Shown: positions 1-8,436 of the stretch, one piece after another
How the letters are laid out: every line of letters starts with the position of its first letter
Numbering within the stretch: the first letter of the stretch is position 1
Position numbers and translations under genes: made by a program
The notes under the pieces: generated by a model
Database searches by the model: none
What the model was told of the DNA's origin: nothing
The model's input: the letters and a program-made list of their open reading frames with translations, nothing else
Assembly (NCBI GenBank): GCA_965203555.1
Contig: CBDBCY010000004.1
Coordinates: 2,880,001 to 2,944,000, forward strand
Length of the DNA: 64,000 bases
From: Acidimicrobiia bacterium
GTDB taxonomy: Bacteria > Actinomycetota > Acidimicrobiia > Spongiisociales > ZC4RG35
Direction of reading: 5' to 3'

Positions 1-494
1 GTGTCGCACAGCTGTTCGCGTCCCATCACCAGGTCGACCAGGGAGATGTGAACTGTCCCGGTGATCATCAGGCGTCGCTGAGTGGAGGAGCCAAGCGGTG
101 CGTACGAGTCGATCGCCTGCACCTCGATGGGCAGGGACACGTCCCCGATTCCAGCCAGGTCGGTGGCCAGCACCAACAGGTCAGGCGGATTGGTGAGTGG
201 GGGAACCGACCAGTTGAAATACATGTGCAACTGATAGATGTCCTCGGGTTCTTCGAAGTCGTCCTCCATCTCTTCCAACCGGTCGATCAGAGCCAGAAGG
301 GCCCGCGGCTCCACATCCAGCGACAGGTGCAGATCGATGGGCAGGCTGCAGGATTCGGCGGGGTGCAGGTCCACTTCCCAGGATTGGCGTAGCGAGTAGG
401 TCTCCACGAAGTGCCGCTCGTCGTGTATGTGGAAGCCGTGCTTTGTGGCGTGCTCTTTGACGTTGTGAATAAAGCCGGCGATATCGATGGACAT
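1..494 (-). CDS. Conserved-looking hypothetical protein, 3'-truncated by window edge (MSIDIAGFIHNVKEHATKHGFHIHDERHFVETYSLRQSWEVDLHP...)
   Basis: Manually translated open frame from ATG at 494 running off the left edge without a stop; natural composition; divergent from aroF; absent from the ORF track because it has no stop. Confidence 0.7.
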   Translation of the reverse strand, partial: MSIDIAGFIHNVKEHATKHGFHIHDERHFVETYSLRQSWEVDLHPAESCSLPIDLHLSLDVEPRALLALIDRLEEMEDDFEEPEDIYQLHMYFNWSVPPLTNPPDLLVLATDLAGIGDVSLPIEVQAIDSYAPLGSSTQRRLMITGTVHISLVDLVMGREQLCD

Positions 495-652
495 ATGTCC
501 AAAGAGACTACCGCGCTCCCCGAAGCTAGGGTTCAGCCAGCCTTTTGGATAGTTTCGCGACCGGTTCGGGTTGCAAAGATCGGTTTTACGGATTGCGCGG
601 GTTCGGAAAGCCGTAACATTGAGGAGCGGTTGATGGTAAGAGGGATCTTTCG

Positions 653-1666
653 ATGATCATTGTGATGAGACAAGACGCCACCGAGCAACAGGTGCAGGTG
701 GTGGTGAACCGGCTGGAGTCCATAGATTGTGAAGCTCATGTCTCCGTGGGGCGATTCCGGACTGTCATCGGAGCCGTGGGCGACCGCCAGCAGATCCTGC
801 AGTTGCCGCTGGAGGCTCTGGCTGGAGTTGAAAGAGCGGTGCCGGTTATGAGACCCTTCAAGCTGGTCAGTCGAGACTTCCAAGAGTCCAACACCGTAAT
901 CGAGATCCGGGGGGTGCGCATCGGTGACGGCTCGTTCACGCCCATCGCCGGGCCCTGTGCGGTGGAATCCCGGGACATTCTGTTCCACACGGCCGAAGCG
1001 GTGAAAGAAGCCGGCGCCACGGTTCTGCGGGGGGACGCCTTCAAGCCCCGCACCTCGCCGTTTTCCTTCCAAGGCCTCAAAGAGAAGGGGTTGATGCTGC
1101 TGGCCGAGGCTCGGGAAGAGTTCGACATGCCCTTCGTCGCCGAGGTTCTGGACCCCCGCGACGTGGAGTTGGTGGCCGGCTACGCCGACATGCTCCGCAT
1201 CGGAACCCGCAACATGTCCAACTTCGCCCTGCTCACCGAAGTGGGGCGATCGGATACGCCCGTGATGCTGAAACGGGGTTTCACGGCCACCTTGGAGGAG
1301 TGGTTGAACGCCGCCGAGTACATCTATAAGGAGGGCAACCAGGACATCCTGATGGCGGAGCGGGGCATCCGCACCTTCGAGACGGCATCCCGAAACACAC
1401 TGGACATCACCGCCGTGCCACTGCTGAAGGAACTCTCCCATCTCCCGATCCTGGTCGATCCCTCCCACTCCTCGGGCAAGAGGCAGTTGGTGCATCCCCT
1501 TTCCCGGGCTGCGGTGGCAGTGGGCGCCGATGGGATAATGATCGACGTTCATCCCGCTCCCGACACAGCTCTGGTGGATGGCGCCCAGGCCATTCTTCCC
1601 CAAGAGTTTGCCGAGGTGATGAAGAGCATCAGAGATATAGCCGAAGCTCTACGGATTCCTCTTTAG
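653..1666 (+). CDS. aroF: 3-deoxy-7-phosphoheptulonate (DAHP) synthase, class I-beta with N-terminal regulatory domain
   Basis: IAGPCAVE, FKPRTSP, IGTRNM, LKRG, ERGIRTFE, VDPSH motifs. Confidence 0.95.
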   Translation: MIIVMRQDATEQQVQVVVNRLESIDCEAHVSVGRFRTVIGAVGDRQQILQLPLEALAGVERAVPVMRPFKLVSRDFQESNTVIEIRGVRIGDGSFTPIAGPCAVESRDILFHTAEAVKEAGATVLRGDAFKPRTSPFSFQGLKEKGLMLLAEAREEFDMPFVAEVLDPRDVELVAGYADMLRIGTRNMSNFALLTEVGRSDTPVMLKRGFTATLEEWLNAAEYIYKEGNQDILMAERGIRTFETASRNTLDITAVPLLKELSHLPILVDPSHSSGKRQLVHPLSRAAVAVGADGIMIDVHPAPDTALVDGAQAILPQEFAEVMKSIRDIAEALRIPL

Positions 1667-2695
1667 ATGCCGTCCGCCGCGGTGGTCGGCACCGGGTTGA
1701 TCGGCGCCTCGGTCGGGATCGGGCTCAACGTGGCGGGCTGGAAGGTGAGAGGGTGGGACGCCAATCCGAAACATCTCGCCCACGCGCTCTCCATCGGAGC
1801 GGTGGTAGCCCCTGCCACCAGCCTGGAGGATGCCGTGGAGGGTGTGGAACTTGTGGTCCTGGCCGCCTCCCCCAAGGGCATTGTCTCCATTCTGACCGAT
1901 TTGCGCACCGAGGCGTTGGTAACCGACGTCGCCGGCATCAAGCAGCCGATGGTGGAGGCCGCCTCCGGCCTTTCCCGCTTCGTGGGCGGCCATCCGATGG
2001 CGGGTCGGGAGGTAGCGGGTCCCCTCAGCGCCAGTGGTGATCTGTTCCGGGGCGCCACGTGGGTGCTGACCACCGACCAGACCTGCCGGGCGGATCTGGA
2101 CAAGTTATCCGAAATCGTGCGGTCCCTTGGCGCCCAGCCGGTGGAGATGGCCGCTGCCCAACACGATTATCTCGTCGCACTGGTCAGCCACCTGCCCATG
2201 GTGCTGGCCGCTTCCCTGGTTGAGGAGTTAGGCGCTGCCGGACCCTCGGCCGACGCCATGGTGGCCGGAGGGTTTCGTGACCTCACCCGCATCGCCCTGT
2301 CCAGTTCCGACTGGTGGGCCGATCTGCTGGTGGCGAACCGACGGCCGTTGTCATCGGTGCTGCGAAAAGTGTCGGCGGGTTTGCAGGAATGGGCGGAGCA
2401 ACTGGATGCGGAGGCACGCGGGTGGGTCACCGGCCTGCTGGGATCGGCGCGGCAAACCCGCACCGCACTCGCCCCGCCGGTGGAGGGTGTGGGGGTGCTG
2501 CTGGAGGACAGGCCGGGAGAGATCGCCCACGTGGGACGGGCTCTGGCGGTGAGCGGAGTGGATCTGCGGGATCTGCAGCTTCGGCACGCCACCCACGGAG
2601 GTGGAGGAGTGCTCACCCTGTCGGTGCGCCCCGAGGAAGCCGCCAGCCTGCGGCAGGCGCTGGCCGCCGAGGGATTCCGGCTACTGGGAGATTGA
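1667..2695 (+). CDS. tyrA: Prephenate/arogenate dehydrogenase with C-terminal ACT domain
   Basis: VVGTGLIG Rossmann motif, GGHPMAG, HD..VA.VSHLP, GGFRDLTRIA, C-terminal EDRPGEIA ACT-like segment; abuts aroF. Confidence 0.92.
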   Translation: MPSAAVVGTGLIGASVGIGLNVAGWKVRGWDANPKHLAHALSIGAVVAPATSLEDAVEGVELVVLAASPKGIVSILTDLRTEALVTDVAGIKQPMVEAASGLSRFVGGHPMAGREVAGPLSASGDLFRGATWVLTTDQTCRADLDKLSEIVRSLGAQPVEMAAAQHDYLVALVSHLPMVLAASLVEELGAAGPSADAMVAGGFRDLTRIALSSSDWWADLLVANRRPLSSVLRKVSAGLQEWAEQLDAEARGWVTGLLGSARQTRTALAPPVEGVGVLLEDRPGEIAHVGRALAVSGVDLRDLQLRHATHGGGGVLTLSVRPEEAASLRQALAAEGFRLLGD

Positions 2696-2708
2696 CGGAC
2701 CGCTTCGG

Positions 2709-3890
2709 CTAGCTGACGATCTGTTGTGTCAGGAGACTGAGCACCGAAGCAACTCCCGCCTTGATTCCCGTATCCAAGCAGGCTTCGTCAATCTGGAACC
2801 ACGCCGAATGCAGATCTCGCCGATCCCCCTCTGTCATGGTGCCCAGCCTCATCATCAAGCCCGGCGCCCTGTCCAGGTAGTAGGAAAAGTCCTCCGCTCC
2901 CAGAGACGTGAAGGTGCTCACCACCGCGTCCTTGCCCAGCATCTCCACCAGCGATCTTCTGACGGTGTCGACACAGGAGGGGTCGTTGTAAACCGGAGGT
3001 AGGACCGGCTGCCAGATGGTCTGCGCAACCGCGCCCGTGGGGACGGCAATCTCCTCGGTCAGGCGGCGAATCAGATCGGGCAGCAGCTTTCGAGCCCCCG
3101 GGTCGGGGGTACGGCAGGTTCCGCCCATCACCACCTCGGTGGGGATCACGTTCTCGGCTTTGCCTCCCCGGATGGTCCCGAAAGTCAGCGAGAAGGGAAG
3201 GCGGGGATCCACCCGACGACCCAGCAGCCCGGGAAGTTCGGTGAGGACCTTGCCGGCCGCGTAGAGAAGATCGGCGGTCAGGTGAGGCCGTGCGGTGTGC
3301 CCTCCCGGCCCCTCCAGCACTATCCTGACCCGGTCGCTGGAACTGGTGATGGCGCCTGGCTTCAACCCCACCTTCCCCAACTCCAGGGTGGCGTCCACGT
3401 GGAGAGCGGCGATGGCGCGCACGTCTTTCAGCACTCCTTCCTCCAGCATCTCCGCTGCTCCGCTGGGAAGTGATTCCTCCGAGTGCTGAAAGATCACCCG
3501 CACCCTGCCGGGCAGTGGACCCAGCCGGTTGAGGACCACCGCCACGCCCAGGCCGATGGCTGCATGAGCGTCGTGCCCGCAGGCGTGCATGACCCCGGGG
3601 TTCTCGGAGGCGTAGTCATTGGAAGGCGGCTCCTGGATGGGCAGCGCGTCCAGATCGGCGCGCCATGCCACTACGGGGCCGTCGGATCCCACCTCGGCGA
3701 CCAACCCGGTTCCGGACGGCGAGCGAACCCGGGCTGCTATCCCGTGGACGCCGAGCGCCTCCGCCAACAGTGCGGTGGTCCGAACCTCGGTGTGCGCCAA
3801 CTCGGGGTACCGATGCAGAGTCCTTCTCACTTCGATCACCTCGTCGATGACCTCCTCGACAGCCTTTTCGATCCGGCTTTCAGACACCAT
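2709..3890 (-). CDS. M20D family amidohydrolase
   Basis: HRYPEL, RADLDALP, MHACGHD, FQHSEE, GGHTARPH, AEDF motifs; start placed at MVSESR (ORF-track extension overlaps crcB). Confidence 0.9.
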   Translation of the reverse strand: MVSESRIEKAVEEVIDEVIEVRRTLHRYPELAHTEVRTTALLAEALGVHGIAARVRSPSGTGLVAEVGSDGPVVAWRADLDALPIQEPPSNDYASENPGVMHACGHDAHAAIGLGVAVVLNRLGPLPGRVRVIFQHSEESLPSGAAEMLEEGVLKDVRAIAALHVDATLELGKVGLKPGAITSSSDRVRIVLEGPGGHTARPHLTADLLYAAGKVLTELPGLLGRRVDPRLPFSLTFGTIRGGKAENVIPTEVVMGGTCRTPDPGARKLLPDLIRRLTEEIAVPTGAVAQTIWQPVLPPVYNDPSCVDTVRRSLVEMLGKDAVVSTFTSLGAEDFSYYLDRAPGLMMRLGTMTEGDRRDLHSAWFQIDEACLDTGIKAGVASVLSLLTQQIVS

Positions 3891-3970
3891 ATCGGTAGGA
3901 AGGCTATCGCCGGCAAGGACATCCGGCGAAGACGAGGCAACGCCCGCGCCATGGCGCCCCCGGCGGTCGC

Positions 3971-4333
3971 TCAGTTGACGCCGCCGCCCAGCAGGATGCC
4001 GATCCACAAGAGCGTCGCCCCGGCGAATGTCACCGGGACGGTCCTCCATGAAATGCGGGATGGCTTTGCTCCTGACTCTTCGAGGGTCTCCACCATCCAG
4101 GTGGAGAAGGTGGTCAGGGCGCCCAGCAGGCCGGTTCCCAGCACCACCGACGCGTCGGGGTGGAGTTGTCCGTTATGGGAGGCAGCCACCACCGCTCCCA
4201 GGGCGAGTGAGCCCACCAGGTTGACCGCCATGGTGCCGGTCCCCACCGGTGTGCGACCCGCCAACCAGGCAGAAACCAGCCAGCGGATGACCGCACCGAT
4301 TCCACCGGCCAGGGCCACTGCCAGGATCACCAT
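3971..4333 (-). CDS. crcB: Fluoride channel Fluc/CrcB, subunit 2
   Basis: GGIGAVIR, GTMAVNLVGS, GLLGALTTFST motifs in a ~120-aa hydrophobic protein. Confidence 0.88.
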   Translation of the reverse strand: MVILAVALAGGIGAVIRWLVSAWLAGRTPVGTGTMAVNLVGSLALGAVVAASHNGQLHPDASVVLGTGLLGALTTFSTWMVETLEESGAKPSRISWRTVPVTFAGATLLWIGILLGGGVN

Positions 4334-4722
4334 GCCAGACTCCGGCGGCGGGCCGAGGCGGCGAGGAACAGACCGGCCAGAATGCTTCCCGCGGCGTAGA
4401 ACGCGGCGATCAGGGGACCCTGCCGGTCCAACAGGTCCAAGGCTTCCCGGGCGAAGGCGGAGAAGGTGGTCAGAGCGCCGCAGAAACCCACCCCCAGCAG
4501 CGCCCATCCCCACCCGCGCCGGGCTCGCCGCTCGCAAAGACCGGCCAGGACACCCAGCAGCGCCGACCCTGCCAGGTTGGCCGCCACCGTGGCGACGGGC
4601 ACCTCGGCCACCGGGGCGATCCAGATGCCCAGCCCGTAGCGACACAGGGCGCCGATCGATCCTCCCAAAAAAACCGCCGCCGCAGTGCGGCCGGGGCCAA
4701 GGTCGGCTGTGGCGGGGTTCAC
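4327..4722 (-). CDS. crcB: Fluoride channel Fluc/CrcB, subunit 1
   Basis: GGSIGALCRY, ATVAANLAGS, GFCGALTTFSAF motifs; GTG start inferred; overlaps the second crcB. Confidence 0.88.
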   Translation of the reverse strand: MNPATADLGPGRTAAAVFLGGSIGALCRYGLGIWIAPVAEVPVATVAANLAGSALLGVLAGLCERRARRGWGWALLGVGFCGALTTFSAFAREALDLLDRQGPLIAAFYAAGSILAGLFLAASARRRSLAW

Positions 4723-4821
4723 CGGCGGCCGCCGCCGGTCGGCGCCGGTTGGAGAAGTCTCATCTTCGGCCAAGATAACCGACTTGGGGTGTGGGGGCCT
4801 ACATTCCGTATTCTTAAGGAA

Positions 4822-6483
4822 ATGCCGTTTCGGATAGCAGGCGCCCAATTGAATATGGTGGTGGGCGACCTCGGTGGCAACTGCCGACGGATCCTCGACG
4901 CCATGGATTGGGCAGAGGGACAACAGGCCGATCTCCTGGTGTTCCCGGAACTGGCGGTAAGCGGATACCCGCCCGAGGACTTGGCGGTGCGGGCCGATTT
5001 CGTAAACGCCAACCAGGAGACACTGCAACTGCTTGCCCGTCGTTGCGTGAGGACCACAGCAGTAGTGGGTTTCTTGGACTCCGCATCCAACGCGAGGGAA
5101 TCGCCAACCCGCCGCGACGCCTACACCGAACGGGTGGCCAATGCGGCGGCCATCTTGGCAGAGGGACGGATCAAGGGGGTATATCACAAAAGACTCCTGC
5201 CCAATTACGGTGTTTTCGACGAGCGGCGCTGGTTCCTTCCGGGAGAGGGGCCGGTTCGTACCTGGTCGGTGGCGGGTGTGAAAGTGGGGGTCTCCATCTG
5301 CGAGGACCTGTGGACCGAGGACGGTCCGTGGAAGCAATTGGCCGAGGCCGGAGCGGATGTGATCGTCAATATCAACGCTTCTCCTTATCACCTGGGTAAG
5401 GCGGCGGAGCGAGAGGCGCTGGTGTCCCGGCGGGCCCGCCAAGCGGGATCACCCCTGGTCTACCTGAATCTGGTGGGTGGCCAGGACGAGTTGGTATTCG
5501 ACGGCGCCTCGCTGGTGGTGGCGCCGGATGGTTCCGTCCTGCACCGGTCGCCACAGTTCTCCGAGGAGCGGTTCGTGTTGGATGTTCCCCTGGCCGGCGA
5601 CAAGGCGGGGTCTACCCCATCTGTTCCCGATTGGATGCAACCGGAGGAGGAGATGTGGTCGGCGGTCACCCTGGCAACCGGCGACTATGTGCGCAAGAAC
5701 GGGTTCGCATCGGCGGTGGTGGGCCTGTCGGGCGGGATCGACTCGGCGGTGACGGCATGCGTGGCGGTCGATGCCCTGGGCGCCGACCGGGTGTGGGGCA
5801 TTTCCATGCCGTCGGTCTACAGTTCCGAACATTCCAGGACCGATTCAAAGCTTTTGTCATCCAACCTGGGGATCCGCTTCGACATGGTTCCCATCGAACG
5901 GGTGCACCGCGCCTTTTGGGACTCTTTGTCGCCGGTGATGGGAAAGGAGGACTGGGGAGTGGCCGGCGAGAACCTGCAAGCCCGGGCCCGGGGGTCCTTT
6001 CTGATGGCGCTCTCCAACCGGCACGGAGGTCTGGTGCTGGCCACCGGCAACAAGTCGGAGATGTCGGTGGGCTACTCCACCCTGTACGGCGACATGGTGG
6101 GAGGGTTCGCTCCGATCAAGGACGTCTACAAGACCTGGGTGTACCGGCTGGCACGGTGGAGAAACCGCCGCGGTCCGATGATTCCCGAGGGTATCCTCAT
6201 CAAGCCGCCCTCTGCGGAACTGCGGCCTAACCAGCTTGATAGCGACTCTTTGCCTCCCTATGATGACTTGGATTCAGTGCTGGCGATGTACATAGATTCG
6301 GAGCTTTCGGTGGACCAGATCACGGCGTCGGGGTTCGATGCGGCGATGGTTCGGCGGGTGGTGGGGATGGTGGAGAGATCCGAATACAAGCGACACCAGT
6401 CGGCGCCGGGCCCCAAGGTCACCACCAAGAGTCTGGGGCGGGAACGCCGCCGTCCCCTCACCAGCGGATGGAACCGCCTGTGA
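4822..6483 (+). CDS. nadE: Glutamine-dependent NAD+ synthetase
   Basis: Nitrilase-like domain (FPEL, K..LPNYGVFDE.R, ICED) plus GLSGGIDS, ENLQAR.R, TGNKSE, PSAEL. Confidence 0.96.
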   Translation: MPFRIAGAQLNMVVGDLGGNCRRILDAMDWAEGQQADLLVFPELAVSGYPPEDLAVRADFVNANQETLQLLARRCVRTTAVVGFLDSASNARESPTRRDAYTERVANAAAILAEGRIKGVYHKRLLPNYGVFDERRWFLPGEGPVRTWSVAGVKVGVSICEDLWTEDGPWKQLAEAGADVIVNINASPYHLGKAAEREALVSRRARQAGSPLVYLNLVGGQDELVFDGASLVVAPDGSVLHRSPQFSEERFVLDVPLAGDKAGSTPSVPDWMQPEEEMWSAVTLATGDYVRKNGFASAVVGLSGGIDSAVTACVAVDALGADRVWGISMPSVYSSEHSRTDSKLLSSNLGIRFDMVPIERVHRAFWDSLSPVMGKEDWGVAGENLQARARGSFLMALSNRHGGLVLATGNKSEMSVGYSTLYGDMVGGFAPIKDVYKTWVYRLARWRNRRGPMIPEGILIKPPSAELRPNQLDSDSLPPYDDLDSVLAMYIDSELSVDQITASGFDAAMVRRVVGMVERSEYKRHQSAPGPKVTTKSLGRERRRPLTSGWNRL

Positions 6484-7298
6484 ATTCTCCCCCCATCCTG
6501 GTCAACGGGAAACCATCGGCAGAGATGGTGTTTTCTGTGCACAGTCCCACCATCCAGCGCGGAGACGGGTGCTTTGAGGTGATGAGGGTATATGGAGGCC
6601 ACGCCTTCCAGGCCGGACCGCATCTCGACCGGTTGGAGCGATCCGCCCGGATGCTGGATCTGCAGCCGCCGGACCGCGCCGATCTGGATTCCTGGGTGGA
6701 GCAGGTGGCGGACCACGGCCCGGAGGGATTGGTCCGGGTCATGCTGGGTCGGGGCCAAAAACCCGGTGACGAGTTGTGCGTGGTGATGTGGCACGATGTT
6801 CCCTACCGGGCCGACCGGATTCGGCTGCGGGTGATGACGGCGCCCTGGCACTCTGCCGGTCACAAGTGGGATCTGGCCGGCGGCAAGACTCTCTCCTATG
6901 CGCCGAACATGGCCGCCACCCGCCGGGCGGTGCGGGAGGGATACGACGAGGCGTTGCTCATCTCCGAGGACGGGATTGTCCTGGAGGGACCGGTGTTCTC
7001 GGTGGGCTGGGCGTGCGACGGTGTGTTCGAGACTCCGTCCTTGGATCTGTGGATCCTCGATTCGATTACCCGCCGGGTGGTGCTGGAGGTGGTTTCCGAA
7101 CTCGGGATACCCTGCCGGGAGGGACGGTTTGATGTGGAACGCATGATGGGCGCCGACGAGGCCATGGTGATCGGGACCACCCGGGAAGTGACACCCATCG
7201 TGCAGTTGGACGACCGCCGGTACACGGCGGGCCCGATGACCGCCCGACTGGTCGCCGGCTTCAAAAGACGCGTCCAACAGGCCATTGACGGGTCTTGA
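6468..7298 (+). CDS. Class IV PLP-dependent aminotransferase / aminodeoxychorismate lyase-like
   Basis: RGDGCFE, HLDRL..SA, KT.SYAPN, DEALL, LEG, ILDSITR motifs. Confidence 0.88.
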   Translation: MEPPVNSPPILVNGKPSAEMVFSVHSPTIQRGDGCFEVMRVYGGHAFQAGPHLDRLERSARMLDLQPPDRADLDSWVEQVADHGPEGLVRVMLGRGQKPGDELCVVMWHDVPYRADRIRLRVMTAPWHSAGHKWDLAGGKTLSYAPNMAATRRAVREGYDEALLISEDGIVLEGPVFSVGWACDGVFETPSLDLWILDSITRRVVLEVVSELGIPCREGRFDVERMMGADEAMVIGTTREVTPIVQLDDRRYTAGPMTARLVAGFKRRVQQAIDGS

Positions 7299-7346
7299 AG
7301 CAGTCTTTACCACCCGAGCGGAGTATTCAAGTCGGAGGTGATTGAC

Positions 7347-7922
7347 ATGGGCAGGTCCACGAGACTATTCACGATATGCGTTATCTTCGCGTTCGTATCG
7401 GTTGTTTCATCGGCCTGCGGCAGCGATGACGATCCGGCGTTGGTCACCACCACCTCCCGGGTGGTCACCACCAGCGCCTCCACCACCACCGCTCCCGAGC
7501 TTGAAACGACCACCACTGCGCCGGCTTCCGCCACGGTCACAGAGCCGGAGGAGACCGCTGGGGACGCTTCCGACACGGAAACGGATCCCTTGGAGGACAA
7601 CGAGATCTTCTATCGGGTGGTCCGCCAGGAGTCGACCCGCGACGGCAACCGTTTGTTCCTGGAGGTCCCCCCGGGCAGCTACACCGATGTCGACCTTGAG
7701 AACCTGGTGCTGTCGGTGTTCGAGGAGCGCGATGACCTCTACGAATTGCACGTCTTCGACAACCGCGAGGCGGTGGAGGCGTTGGTCAAGGCAGAGAACG
7801 AGCGGACCCCCGATGATGCCGAACTGCTGGACCGCCACTACCTGATAAGTGTCCTGGAAGGTTCAATCCTCCGATTCCAGGGTCCCTTCGCCAACCTGGA
7901 AGGATTCATAATCGGCTCCTAG
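7347..7922 (+). CDS. Hypothetical lipoprotein with Thr-rich linker
   Basis: Signal peptide ending in lipobox SSAC, T/A/E-rich linker, acidic C-terminal domain. Confidence 0.75.
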   Translation: MGRSTRLFTICVIFAFVSVVSSACGSDDDPALVTTTSRVVTTSASTTTAPELETTTTAPASATVTEPEETAGDASDTETDPLEDNEIFYRVVRQESTRDGNRLFLEVPPGSYTDVDLENLVLSVFEERDDLYELHVFDNREAVEALVKAENERTPDDAELLDRHYLISVLEGSILRFQGPFANLEGFIIGS

Positions 7923-7959
7923 AACGGCAAGCTCTAGTGGCTGCTCGTCAGGGCATTGT

Positions 7960-8290
7960 ACGGGTCGTGGGGGCTGTTCCATGTGCAGTCGTTGTGGCAA
8001 TTTGCTGAGGGTCAGACCCGCCCCAGGGGCACCTATAAGTATGAGTGGTTGGTGCTTTTGGTAGCCATCGGGAAGGGCGGCCGGCAGAGTGTGCCGGGTT
8101 GTGTGTTTGGTGAGCGTGACAACCGCGGAGCGGTTGCGGGCGCCGATAATCAGATCGCTTTTCCGAATGGCCCGGTTCGAGGCGTTCGGTGATGCCGGGG
8201 GACGTTCGGCGATGGGCCGTGTGTTCCCCAGCGGTTGATATTTTACCGGCTCACAGTGGTTGCGCGGGCTTCCGCCGCCACGAACGGGCT
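7960..8290 (-). pseudogene. Degraded IS30-family transposase fragment
   Basis: Translation RPIAERP...DLIIGARNRSAVVTLTKHTTRHTL.AALPDGY resembles the IS30 DDE core (GHWEGDLIIG...VER.TR); boundaries approximate. Confidence 0.7.
8011..8048 (-). mobile_element. Isolated left-end fragment of the same IS110 found at 32882-36635
   Basis: gtcagacccgcc..ccaggggcacctataagtatgagtgg matches 36594-36636 apart from a short deletion. Confidence 0.85.
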
Positions 8291-8436
8291 GCCAGTCCCC
8301 GCTGACTACAAGGCTCAAACATACCTGATAGATGGCCTCCGCGCACACCCTTTGCTCCGAAGACATTCGGATCCAGACCGGATGTGATCCTTAATGCTTT
8401 GTGCACCGGTTAGCAAAAGTAAACTGACCTTCGGTT

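Noticed and set aside
4723-4790. Possible fluoride riboswitch upstream of crcB (GAAGATGAGACTTC on the minus strand)
   Set aside because: Only the 5' hairpin vaguely fits; the conserved 3' GCUGAUG-like segment and pseudoknot partner are not visible
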